The notes under the pieces: generated by a model
What the model was told of the DNA's origin: nothing
Databases searched by the model: none
The model's input: only the letters and a program-made list of their open reading frames with translations
Shown: positions 33,422 through 42,298 of the stretch, piece by piece
Numbering within the stretch: position 1 is the stretch's first letter
Layout of the letters: each line of letters begins with the position of its first letter
Made by a program: the position numbers and the translations under genes
Source of the DNA: an uncultured Rivularia sp.
GTDB lineage: Bacteria; Cyanobacteriota; Cyanobacteriia; Cyanobacteriales; Nostocaceae
Assembly (NCBI GenBank): GCA_963665115.1
Contig: OY762007.1
Span: forward strand, 7,840,001 to 7,904,000
Direction of reading: 5' to 3'
DNA length: 64,000 nucleotides

Positions 33422-34771
33422 ATGCAGATTTCAGAAAACAACGAAAACAAGATTGCTTCTTTGGAAAATATAAATGGTTTTGATGGGAATCATCCGCCGG
33501 AGGCAAAGTTAATTGATAGCTGCGTGCATTGTGGTTTTTGTCTTTCTACTTGTCCGAGTTACAGGGTAATCGGTAAGGAAATGGATTCTCCACGAGGAAG
33601 AATTTATTTGATGGATGCTATTAATGAAGGTCAAATTGATTTAAATACGGCGACTACCGAACATTTTGATAGTTGCTTGGGCTGTTTGGCTTGTGTGACT
33701 ACTTGCCCTTCTGGGGTGGAATACGACAAGTTAATTAACGCGACTCGTCACCAAGTTGCTCGTAATTATTCCCGCAGTTTACCAGATAAGTTATTTCGGC
33801 AATTAATTTTTTCGCTATTTCCTTATCCCCAAAGATTGCGTTTTCTATTAGTGCCATTACTTATCTATCAAAAGTTAGGTTTACCAAAGTTAATTCGTGC
33901 TACTGGCTTACTTGAAAAGATATCTCCCCGCTTGGCTGCAATGGAATCTATTCTTCCAGAAGTTACTGGCAAATCTTTTCGAGATAATTACCCTACGGTG
34001 ATTCCGGCGCAAAATGAAAAACGTTACCGCGTGGGAGTAATATTAGGATGCGTGCAGCGGTTATTTTTCTCACCCGTGAATGAAGCCACCGTGCGAGTCT
34101 TAACCGCAAATGGTTGCGAAGTTGTAATTCCCAAATCTCAAGGTTGTTGTGCTGCACTTCCCGAACATCAGGGGCAAGCCGCACAAGCGCAAGCTTTGGC
34201 GAAGCAGATGATTGATAGTTTTGCAGATATGGATGTTGAATATGTAATCATTAATGCTGCTGGTTGCGGTCATACTTTGAAGGAATACGGTCATATTTTA
34301 GAGAATGACCCGGAATATAAGGATAAAGCAATAGAATTTGCCAATAAAGTCAAAGATTCACAAGAATTTTTAGCAATGGTAGGTTTAACCGCGAAATTGT
34401 CGCCTTTAACAGAAGAACCGCTGACAATGGTTTATCAAGATGCGTGTCATTTATTGCACGGACAAAAAATCAGCGTCCAACCCCGTCAATTATTAAAGCA
34501 GATTCCCAACATTAAATTACGCGAACCTTTAGATGCGGCTTTGTGTTGCGGTAGTGCGGGGGTTTACAATATGCTGCAACCGGAAGTAGCCGAGGAATTG
34601 GGAGAGCAAAAAGCTAGGAATTTGTTAAATACTGGTGCTTCGATGATTGCTTCGCCGAATCCTGGATGTAGTTTGCAGATTAGCAAGCATTTGGAGAAGC
34701 AGGGTAAGGAAATGAAGGTGATGCATCCGATGGAATTGTTGGATTATGCGATAAGAGGAGTGAAAATGTAG
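33422..34771 (+). CDS. glcF: Glycolate oxidase iron-sulfur subunit GlcF
   Basis: CVHCGFCLSTCP, CLGCLACVTTCP, two CCG domains (GCCAA, CCGSAG); ATG at 33422. Confidence 0.9.
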   Translation: MQISENNENKIASLENINGFDGNHPPEAKLIDSCVHCGFCLSTCPSYRVIGKEMDSPRGRIYLMDAINEGQIDLNTATTEHFDSCLGCLACVTTCPSGVEYDKLINATRHQVARNYSRSLPDKLFRQLIFSLFPYPQRLRFLLVPLLIYQKLGLPKLIRATGLLEKISPRLAAMESILPEVTGKSFRDNYPTVIPAQNEKRYRVGVILGCVQRLFFSPVNEATVRVLTANGCEVVIPKSQGCCAALPEHQGQAAQAQALAKQMIDSFADMDVEYVIINAAGCGHTLKEYGHILENDPEYKDKAIEFANKVKDSQEFLAMVGLTAKLSPLTEEPLTMVYQDACHLLHGQKISVQPRQLLKQIPNIKLREPLDAALCCGSAGVYNMLQPEVAEELGEQKARNLLNTGASMIASPNPGCSLQISKHLEKQGKEMKVMHPMELLDYAIRGVKM

Positions 34772-34837
34772 TCTCCCCGCAGATTAGTTACCGATCAATT
34801 GCATAAATTTTGAGTGATTTGTTTTCTTTCAAAAGTC

Positions 34838-34866
34838 GGGAGACGTAGCACTGCTACGTCTCTACA
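34838..34866. repeat. REP-like palindrome GGGAGACGTAGCACTGCTACGTCTCTACA; identical 29-bp copy at 41006-41034
   Basis: Direct sequence identity of the two copies. Confidence 0.88.
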
Positions 34867-34942
34867 CCGATATAGCTTTGTTTAAAGGTAAAGGTAATTT
34901 AATTATTGTGCAGTATTAAGCTCCTTAATTAGCAACAAATTC

Positions 34943-35731
34943 ATGAAAAGCATTATTAGAAAAGCTGTTACCCTACTCACGGTATACTACGCCTACATGG
35001 TAGAATATCGCGCCGAACTAATATTATGGGTGTTGACTGGTTCGTTACCTATAATCATGATGGGAGTTTGGACTGAAGCAGCAGAAGGAGGACAATTTGG
35101 TTTATCTCCAACACAATTCGCTCGTTATTTTCTTGCTGTATTTTTAGTTAGACAGTTAACAGTTGTTTGGGTAATTTGGGAATTTGAAAGAGAAGTTGTA
35201 GAAGGAAAACTTTCACCGCGTTTGTTACAGCCTTTAGATCCAGTATGGTATCATGTCTCTTCTCATCTTTCAGAAAGAGTTGCTCGGATACCCTTTGCAA
35301 TATTTTTGATAATTTTATTTTTTGCACTTTATCCCCAAGCTTTTTGGATACCAAGTTTCACTCAAATAATATTATTTTTCCTAGCTTCAGCAATGGCATT
35401 TGCTCTCCGCTTCATTATTCAGTATACCTTTGCCATGTTCGCATTTTGGACGGAAAGAGCATATGCTTTACATGATTTTTGGTTTTTATTCTATCTATTT
35501 CTATCGGGAACAATTGCACCATTAGAAGTATTTCCCGAACAGGTAAGACAGATAGTATTACTAACACCATTCCCTTACTTAATTAACTTTCCTGTCAGTA
35601 TTTTAGTCGGTTTAACAGCCGATATTCCCAGAGGATTTTTAACAACCGCAGGCTGGTTTATCTTATTTCTAGGAATTAATAGAATTATGTGGAGACAAGG
35701 ATTGAAAAAGTATTCCGGAATGGGAGCGTGA
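34943..35731 (+). CDS. ABC-2 type transporter permease (DUF990-like)
   Basis: YMVEYRAE, EVVEGKLSPRLLQPLDP, six TM segments, GLKKYSGMGA. Confidence 0.88.
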   Translation: MKSIIRKAVTLLTVYYAYMVEYRAELILWVLTGSLPIIMMGVWTEAAEGGQFGLSPTQFARYFLAVFLVRQLTVVWVIWEFEREVVEGKLSPRLLQPLDPVWYHVSSHLSERVARIPFAIFLIILFFALYPQAFWIPSFTQIILFFLASAMAFALRFIIQYTFAMFAFWTERAYALHDFWFLFYLFLSGTIAPLEVFPEQVRQIVLLTPFPYLINFPVSILVGLTADIPRGFLTTAGWFILFLGINRIMWRQGLKKYSGMGA

Positions 35732-35796
35732 ACAGTGAGCAGTTATTTTATTACACCTTTAACCTTTAACCTTTAACCTTTAACCTTATTTACTCC

Positions 35797-36633
35797 TCAC
35801 TGATTCAAAAATTCCCCAACCTTCTGATTAAACGCTTCCGGTTGCGTCATAAAACACCAATGATTTCCAGGTAGTTGAGATATTTGCAAGTTTTTCAAAT
35901 AGGTTTTATAAGGCTTTAATTGCCAATTTTGACGATTAACTCCTTTTTCTGGCTGTACGAAGAGTGTAGGAATATCCACTGACTCTGTTAAACCGGGTAC
36001 CTGCATAACTTCATCGAAAATACCGTCTCGTGCAGCTATTGTAAATTTACTTCCCCAAGTGCGATCGCCTTTTTGTTCTATACTGGCTTGAAAAACTTGT
36101 TGTTGTAAAAGCGTCCAGTCTTGATATTGATTTAACTGACGTGCTTGTTTTTCGGCTGATTCGTAATTTTCAAATGGCCCCATTCCCTTAAGAAACGGTA
36201 AGACGCGGTATAAAAGAGGAAAACTAAACTTGAAAAAATTGGGCATTTTCCAGATAAAAATCGGATCTACCAACACCATACTTTTCAAACGTTGCGGATT
36301 TTTGGTTGCCCAAATACAGGCTAATTTACCACTCCAAGAATGTCCGATAACATGAGTACTTTCCCATCCCAAATTATCCATCAAAGCTTCTAAATCTCTG
36401 ATGGTGCTAGTAAAAGTATAGTCCGAATCTGGTTTACTACTTTCACCATGACCGCGCATATCTGGAGCAATTATATGGTAATCTGCTGCTAGGCGATCGC
36501 CCAAACTCGACCAAACAAGCGCATTGTCAGCTAAACCGTGGAGTAATAATAAAGGTTCTTTCCCTTGATTCCATTCTAAGTAAGAAAGTTGAATATCGGG
36601 TAAAGATAAAGTTTTACGAGCAAACATAGTCAA
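35797..36633 (-). CDS. Alpha/beta hydrolase
   Basis: LLLHG, PDMRGHGES, GHSWSG nucleophile elbow, GNHW. Confidence 0.92.
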   Translation of the reverse strand: MTMFARKTLSLPDIQLSYLEWNQGKEPLLLLHGLADNALVWSSLGDRLAADYHIIAPDMRGHGESSKPDSDYTFTSTIRDLEALMDNLGWESTHVIGHSWSGKLACIWATKNPQRLKSMVLVDPIFIWKMPNFFKFSFPLLYRVLPFLKGMGPFENYESAEKQARQLNQYQDWTLLQQQVFQASIEQKGDRTWGSKFTIAARDGIFDEVMQVPGLTESVDIPTLFVQPEKGVNRQNWQLKPYKTYLKNLQISQLPGNHWCFMTQPEAFNQKVGEFLNQ

Positions 36634-36679
36634 TTATCAGTTATCAGTTATCAACGATCAATTATCAGTTATTCGTTGG

Positions 36680-37048
36680 TTAATTATTGTTCATTGATAA
36701 TAAATTTTCTTTTCTATCTACTACCATACGCCGAGTTTCTAACCAAGGTAAACCAATTAATATTTCGCTAATTTCTTCTCCACCTAATGCAGGAATTGTT
36801 AATTCTTGATTATCAAATACCACAGTACCTTGGTAAAAATAAAAATCTCCTAATCCTTTTGCCGTCTGCCTTTTTTGTTCTCGAATAAATGTCCATTCTA
36901 AACATTCTATATCTTGAACGTTCATTACCAACCAGTCAGTACATCCAGTATCAAGTAAAGCATTTTCTATTAAATCGGAACCATCGGCAGCTATTAAACT
37001 AATTTCAAAAAACAATTCTCCATTTTTACCAAAAATACCTTGAATCAT
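36680..37048 (-). CDS. Clan AA (retropepsin-like) aspartyl protease
   Basis: ALLDTG catalytic motif and ILIGLPWL; single 122-aa domain. Confidence 0.82.
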   Translation of the reverse strand: MIQGIFGKNGELFFEISLIAADGSDLIENALLDTGCTDWLVMNVQDIECLEWTFIREQKRQTAKGLGDFYFYQGTVVFDNQELTIPALGGEEISEILIGLPWLETRRMVVDRKENLLSMNNN

Positions 37049-37389
37049 ATTCTGCCGACAGCCCCGGTTTCATTTAGACGCATTTCCATAATTCTGGCAT
37101 CGGGATGTTTTTCCCGAATTTTTTGAAAAGCAGTTTCGGCATCAGAATCTATAACATATTCTCCACTTTTTGGCTCAATCATAATCGCCCAATTGTAATG
37201 ATTTTTAATTAAATCGGGGCTAACTCGTTCAAAAATCTCTTTACAGCGCCGAGAGAATGCTTCTTTCTGGGCATTATGTCTGGCTTTCTCCTCTTCACTA
37301 AGCTGCGGGCGCTTATATTTTCCATGCTCTTCGAGTACTTCAAATATTCTTTTACCGCGAGGTACTCTTATATGCAGTTTGTCTGTCAT
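37045..37389 (-). CDS. Small hypothetical protein (DUF5678-like C-terminus), translationally coupled to the protease
   Basis: HYNWAIMIEPKSGEYVID...AFQKIREKHP; ATGA overlap at 37045-37048. Confidence 0.75.
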   Translation of the reverse strand: MTDKLHIRVPRGKRIFEVLEEHGKYKRPQLSEEEKARHNAQKEAFSRRCKEIFERVSPDLIKNHYNWAIMIEPKSGEYVIDSDAETAFQKIREKHPDARIMEMRLNETGAVGRI

Positions 37390-37527
37390 CGTTAAAAATT
37401 TTATTTCTTAAATCCAATCACTTTATTTTACAATAGACACTAATTTAATAACATTTAATTAATTTTTCTCTATTTAATCTACTACGATCAATATTTAATC
37501 GTAACATCTAGTAAATTACACTTATTA

Positions 37528-37971
37528 ATGGCGAATCAAAATAGAGACAGTCGCCTCCGCGAACATCTAGCAAACGAACGCACCTTTCTAGCGTGGTTGC
37601 GAACATCAATTTCTTTAATTGGCTTTGGTTTAGCAATTGCTAGATTTAGCTTGTTTTTAACTCAATTACAAACTGATACTGCTCGTCAAACAGTAGAAAA
37701 TAATTCTGTTTTTAATTCCGAAAATTTAGGATTAAGTTTGGTGATTGTTGGTATTATAGTTATTGCTTTAGCAGCTTGGCGTTACAATCGGGTATTTCGG
37801 CAAATTGAACGAGCATATTACCGACCAAGCCGTATATTTATTTGGTTTTTAAGTATTATTATAATGCTGCTTGGGATATTAAGTATTCCCTTACTTTTAG
37901 CTCGTGAAAATTCAATTTATCCTAACAAAAAACTCAATAAACCTCTATCTGGTAATATCGATAAAAACTGA
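37528..37971 (+). CDS. YidH/DUF202 inner membrane protein
   Basis: REHLANERTFLAWLRT signature, three TM helices. Confidence 0.92.
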   Translation: MANQNRDSRLREHLANERTFLAWLRTSISLIGFGLAIARFSLFLTQLQTDTARQTVENNSVFNSENLGLSLVIVGIIVIALAAWRYNRVFRQIERAYYRPSRIFIWFLSIIIMLLGILSIPLLLARENSIYPNKKLNKPLSGNIDKN

Positions 37972-38029
37972 GAGTAAACACGGATAAAAAAAATCACATT
38001 TGTCATCAAGGAAGCTTTTTCGTCTTTTC

Positions 38030-38325
38030 TCTTAAACCGGATTACAACTATCGATTTACTTAAAACCGAGAATCAGCAAACAGCATCCTACGACGGAATT
38101 TTGAATGGTGGAAGTTTGATATCTTCCTTCATGATTGTCGATGCAACCTTAAACGAAGCAATCAACGGTGAAGCAGATGTTTACTTCTCGCAATTAGGAG
38201 CAAACCCTGATAGTCTAGATAGCGTTAAATTGTTGGGTGATAACATCTTTGGGTTTGAAGATTCGGGGATTGGTGGGGATTTTGATTATAACGATGCGAT
38301 TATTAAGATGGATTTTGGGGTTTGA
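38030..38325 (+). pseudogene. Orphan C-terminal DUF4114-like remnant
   Basis: VYFSQLGANPD...LLGDNIFGFED...GGDFDYND is normally the C-terminus of large secreted cyanobacterial proteins; no upstream body or convincing start. Confidence 0.65.
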
Positions 38326-38443
38326 TACTAAATTATGAATCGTTGTCACAATTGCCCGCACCCTTATAGGGTGTCGGCAAGTTAAGCGGTGTCAAAATGG
38401 CACCATTAAGCTAAAATAAAACAACATCATATTCCTTCTATAT

Positions 38444-38731
38444 ATGCCTAACAGCCAAGAAAATACAGTACGAGTAACAGCAAGAATTCCTGAGAGCATT
38501 CAACAAACTCTACAAAAAGCAGCAGAATTATCAGGTGCTACTTTGAATCAGTTTATGATTCAGGCAGCATTGAAAGAAGCAAAAAAAATTATTGAAGATG
38601 AAGGATTGATCGTTTTATCGGAAATTGATGCTGATAAGGTATTTAATTTGATTGAAAATCCTCCTGCACCCAACGGAAATTTAAAAGCAGCAAGAAAGAA
38701 ACACGAGGAATTCTTTAGTGAAAATAGTTGA
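38444..38731 (+). CDS. DUF1778 RHH antitoxin (TacA/AtaR-like)
   Basis: RVTARIP, LQKAAELSGATLNQFM, IENPPAPN; overlaps GNAT gene. Confidence 0.9.
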   Translation: MPNSQENTVRVTARIPESIQQTLQKAAELSGATLNQFMIQAALKEAKKIIEDEGLIVLSEIDADKVFNLIENPPAPNGNLKAARKKHEEFFSENS

Positions 38732-39215
38732 GTTATTAGATAAAAGTCATAATCGCAACAGCTTTGACTGTGGTAATGAAGCGCTTAATAAATTTCTTAA
38801 GCAAACAGCGAGACAACATATTCAAAAAGGTATTTCCCGTACTTTTGTCCTTGTTGATACAGATAAAGCAGAGATAATTATGAGTTTTTTTACCTTAACT
38901 TTGTGTGAAGTACGTGTAGAAAAACTCCCATCCAATTTTGCGAAAAAATATCCATCCAAAGTTCCCGGTGTTAAGCTGGCAAGACTTGCTGTTAATGAGC
39001 TATATCAACGACAAGGTATTGGTGAGATAATGATGATTGAGGCAATGCAGCGTGCTTTGATAGTTGCAGAGAATGCAGGGGGAATTGGTTTATTTGTAGA
39101 CGCAAAAGACGAAGCAGCAAAAACTTATTATTCACGTTATGGTTTTGTCAGTCTGGAAGATGCGTTTTTAGAAATGTTTTTGCCGCTGTCCACTATTATG
39201 CAAATGTTTGAGTAA
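38718..39215 (+). CDS. GNAT acetyltransferase toxin (TacT/AtaT-like)
   Basis: FDCGNEALNKFL, LARLAV, QRQGIG acetyl-CoA motif, VDAKD, YYSRYGF. Confidence 0.9.
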   Translation: MKIVELLDKSHNRNSFDCGNEALNKFLKQTARQHIQKGISRTFVLVDTDKAEIIMSFFTLTLCEVRVEKLPSNFAKKYPSKVPGVKLARLAVNELYQRQGIGEIMMIEAMQRALIVAENAGGIGLFVDAKDEAAKTYYSRYGFVSLEDAFLEMFLPLSTIMQMFE

Positions 39216-39350
39216 TTGTTATTTGAAGGAAATGTAATTCCCCGTCTCTCAGCTAAACTCGTCTGAGGACTACATGATATTTTGAGCCATTTCTGAGAAT
39301 AGTAGGTAGATTAAATAGAACGATAGTAAAAGCAAACTATTCTTTCTTCT

Positions 39351-39974
39351 TTAATTACTTTGTATTTTACCAAGTGCTTCAGAAATTAAGGCTTTAGCAC
39401 GTTTCTCTCCTTCTATTGTTAAATACCATGCTGAAGGAGTTTTTATTGTATTTTCTGAAATTAGAGCTGGCTTTTCACCTTTTGCTTTACCTAGATCGCG
39501 ATTAATTTGACCTGTTCTAATTTCTCCTGATTGTCGAAAGTGTTTATTAAAAGTTGCCGAAATCATTCTTCCTGATATTTCAGAAATTGCGGTTTCCTTC
39601 AAAACTACATAAAGAAGCCAAATTGACTTTTTAATAGTAGACCAACTCTGCTGAGGATTTCCCCATTTTGATGAGTTGTGCTTCCAATCAACTGCTGTTT
39701 CCTTTGATTTTACATTAGAAATTGAACTAGTCGATTTTTGAGAAGGTTGCCGAATAGAGCTTTTCCTCCTAGTTTTAGGTTTTTCCTCAGATGAAAGTTG
39801 AGGTAAATCATAGTTTTCAGTTATTTCACCTTGAACAATATCTGACGCTGGAGCAAGTAAACCAGATACCTGTTGTCCTAATGCTTGAGTTATTAACGGT
39901 ACATCTTCACGATTACCTTCAATTTCTAATTCTAATTTTTCTACCTTGAACTTTATTTTGAATTTACTACCCAT
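39351..39974 (-). CDS. Hypothetical protein with probable C-terminal winged-helix domain
   Basis: 207-aa ORF; C-terminal INRDLGK...WYLTIEGEKRA resembles a wHTH wing. Confidence 0.7.
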   Translation of the reverse strand: MGSKFKIKFKVEKLELEIEGNREDVPLITQALGQQVSGLLAPASDIVQGEITENYDLPQLSSEEKPKTRRKSSIRQPSQKSTSSISNVKSKETAVDWKHNSSKWGNPQQSWSTIKKSIWLLYVVLKETAISEISGRMISATFNKHFRQSGEIRTGQINRDLGKAKGEKPALISENTIKTPSAWYLTIEGEKRAKALISEALGKIQSN

Positions 39975-40313
39975 CTTTTTTTGTTTTAAATATTACCTTG
40001 CCAAGTATAATTATCAAACGCATATATTTATACTACAAATATTACTACAGGATGTACGGATTAACCTACCTTACAGATTTAAAATATTTTATACGAATAA
40101 GAAATAATGTATAGTAACAACAATAGAAAAATTAGATAAAAGCATAGTCTGCCTTAAATGTCATATTTAATTTTAAAACGACTAGGATAAAAAAATATAT
40201 AAGATGAATCTAAAAGTTTTCAAATATACAAAATACTAAAATTTTATATTGTTCAATTCAATCTACAATGCGGTCAAAATTTTTCCAAGGTAAGCCCCTA
40301 TTCTCTAAATTAA

Positions 40314-40916
40314 TCAACCTTCCTTAACCATCCACACCAAAAAACTAACAATTTGCTCAACCGGAGGAAGCGAATAATCCATCAAATCAATAGTTACGGT
40401 TTGCCCTTCCAACTTCAAAAATCGCCATTGTGTTCCACTACTTACACAACCGTAAATAGTATCAATTAATTTTCCTCTCGCTTCATTAAATCGTTGTGCG
40501 GCTACCATTTCTGAAATACATTGTCCAATTCCAGATTTTAAGTCTGATTTTTTTGCTTCTACAATTACAATTGCAGGTGCTTCTACAGTTAATTGTTCGG
40601 GGGAACGACTAATTAAGAAATCACATACTCCATTTAAACCAACGCTCGCATCTATATTAAATTCTTCACCCGAAAAAACGCTAATTTCTTTATTTAAAAT
40701 TCGTCGTACTTCCAAAAGTACCGGATTTATAATAACTTCCGAACGCGCTTTTTCTGTATCTACTGCAATAGCCCAAGGTAAATCTTCTAAAATACCTTGT
40801 AATCTTGAGCTAGGAGGGATCAGTTCAAGCGAATCTGGTAAAAAACGCACTCCTTCAACAGTTTTTAAACCAAAATCTTGTTTAACTTTGTCAATGGTAA
40901 ATTGACTGTAAGACAT
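40314..40916 (-). CDS. PD-(D/E)XK-like hypothetical protein (HsdR N-terminal-like cyanobacterial family)
   Basis: EKARSEVII, GVCDFLI...VEAKK, GQCISEMVAAQ, GTQWRFL. Confidence 0.75.
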   Translation of the reverse strand: MSYSQFTIDKVKQDFGLKTVEGVRFLPDSLELIPPSSRLQGILEDLPWAIAVDTEKARSEVIINPVLLEVRRILNKEISVFSGEEFNIDASVGLNGVCDFLISRSPEQLTVEAPAIVIVEAKKSDLKSGIGQCISEMVAAQRFNEARGKLIDTIYGCVSSGTQWRFLKLEGQTVTIDLMDYSLPPVEQIVSFLVWMVKEG

Positions 40917-41021
40917 GGGAATTACCTAGCTTTATGCAGTTAGTAGCGATTGATGACTCAATTATATTACGTTGTTATAATTTGTTCGTTTATATTCACA
41001 ATTTTGGGAGACGTAGCACTG

Positions 41022-41954
41022 CTACGTCTCTACATTATTATTTAATAAATCTCCAAACCTTTGATTAAATCCTAAAATTCCCTGCAAACCACCTGTATGA
41101 ATTACCACAATCGTACTATTATCTTTAAAATTACCTTTTTCAATTTCATTCCATATTCCATAAAATAGTTTGCCTGTATAAATTGGGTCAAGTTGAAGCC
41201 GAAATTTCCCACAAAAATCATTAATAAAACCAATTAATTCTTGATTCCATTTTGTATAACCACCAAAATGATAATCTGTCACCAACTGCCAATTTTCATA
41301 CTTTTTCTCTACAGATTCCCATATCAAACTATTAATTTCATCTTTAATAAAATCACCCTTCAGCGCTGGAAAAACTTTCAAAATACACATCCCAGCTAAA
41401 CCAACAACTAAGCCAGCAGCCGTACCACCAGTACCGCTACTTACACAAAAATAATCCGGTACACCATCAAGTTGTTCGCGTACTTCTGCAACTATCTCTG
41501 CACAACCTTTAACCGCTAAAGTATTGCTTCCACCTTCTGGTATCACATAACACCTTCCCAATTCATTTTGTAAACCTGTGGCTATTAATTCTTTTTCTTG
41601 CCGATACTCTTTTCTTCCTACAAACACCAACTGCATTCCTTGCTGTTGTGCTAAATGCAAAGTAGGATTTAATGGCTTTACCAATTCTCCTCGAATCACA
41701 CCAATCGTCTCAAAACCAAACATATTACCTGCTGCTGCCGTCGCTGCAATATGATTGGAATAAGCTCCACCGAAAGTAAGCAAGCGTTTTTGTTGTTGCT
41801 GTTTTGCTGCTTGCAGATTATATTTTAATTTACGCCATTTATTCCCAGAAACTTGTGGGTGAATCAAATCATCGCGTTTAACAAATAGACGTATTCCGCG
41901 TTTTGTTAATAATTCATCTTGGATAAGCTGTAGCGGGCTTGGTTGATTGAGCAT
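41022..41954 (-). CDS. D-cysteine desulfhydrase/ACC deaminase-family PLP enzyme
   Basis: VKRDD, SGNKWRKL, GGAYSNH, IPEGGSN, LDPIYTGK, HTGG; ATG at 41954. Confidence 0.88.
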   Translation of the reverse strand: MLNQPSPLQLIQDELLTKRGIRLFVKRDDLIHPQVSGNKWRKLKYNLQAAKQQQQKRLLTFGGAYSNHIAATAAAGNMFGFETIGVIRGELVKPLNPTLHLAQQQGMQLVFVGRKEYRQEKELIATGLQNELGRCYVIPEGGSNTLAVKGCAEIVAEVREQLDGVPDYFCVSSGTGGTAAGLVVGLAGMCILKVFPALKGDFIKDEINSLIWESVEKKYENWQLVTDYHFGGYTKWNQELIGFINDFCGKFRLQLDPIYTGKLFYGIWNEIEKGNFKDNSTIVVIHTGGLQGILGFNQRFGDLLNNNVET

Positions 41955-42111
41955 GAATTTATAAACTACTTTAATGAAAAAAGGCTGTATTACCAAGTCT
42001 TAACTAAAATTTTGCTTCCTAAATAAACGATTTTAAAGTTATCTAATCAATAATAGGAAATTTCAATAAAAAAATGGTAGTGGGAGCATCTTGCTCCCTA
42101 CTTTATTAAAA

Positions 42112-42298
42112 AACTCCCAATTCCCAACTCATAACTCCCAATTCCCAACTCCCAACTCCCAATTCCCAATTCTCAACTCGCAACTCGCAACTCGCAACTC
42201 GCAACTCGCAATTCCCAATTCCCAATTCTCAACTCGCAATTCCCAACTCCCAACTCGCAATTCCCAACTCGCAATTCCCAACTCGCAATTCCCAACTC
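42112..42298. repeat. Long STRR heptamer array (CCCAATT/CCCAACT/CGCAACT)
   Basis: About 185 bp of degenerate 7-mers directly after the murJ stop. Confidence 0.92.

Noticed and set aside
41022..41954. True ACC deaminase (acdS)
   Set aside because: Has DPIYTGK and HTGG rather than the Glu and Leu (DPVYEGK, HLGG) diagnostic of ACC deaminases
42112..42298. Possible CRISPR array in the long repeat tracts
   Set aside because: Contiguous 7-mers with no unique spacers and no cas genes
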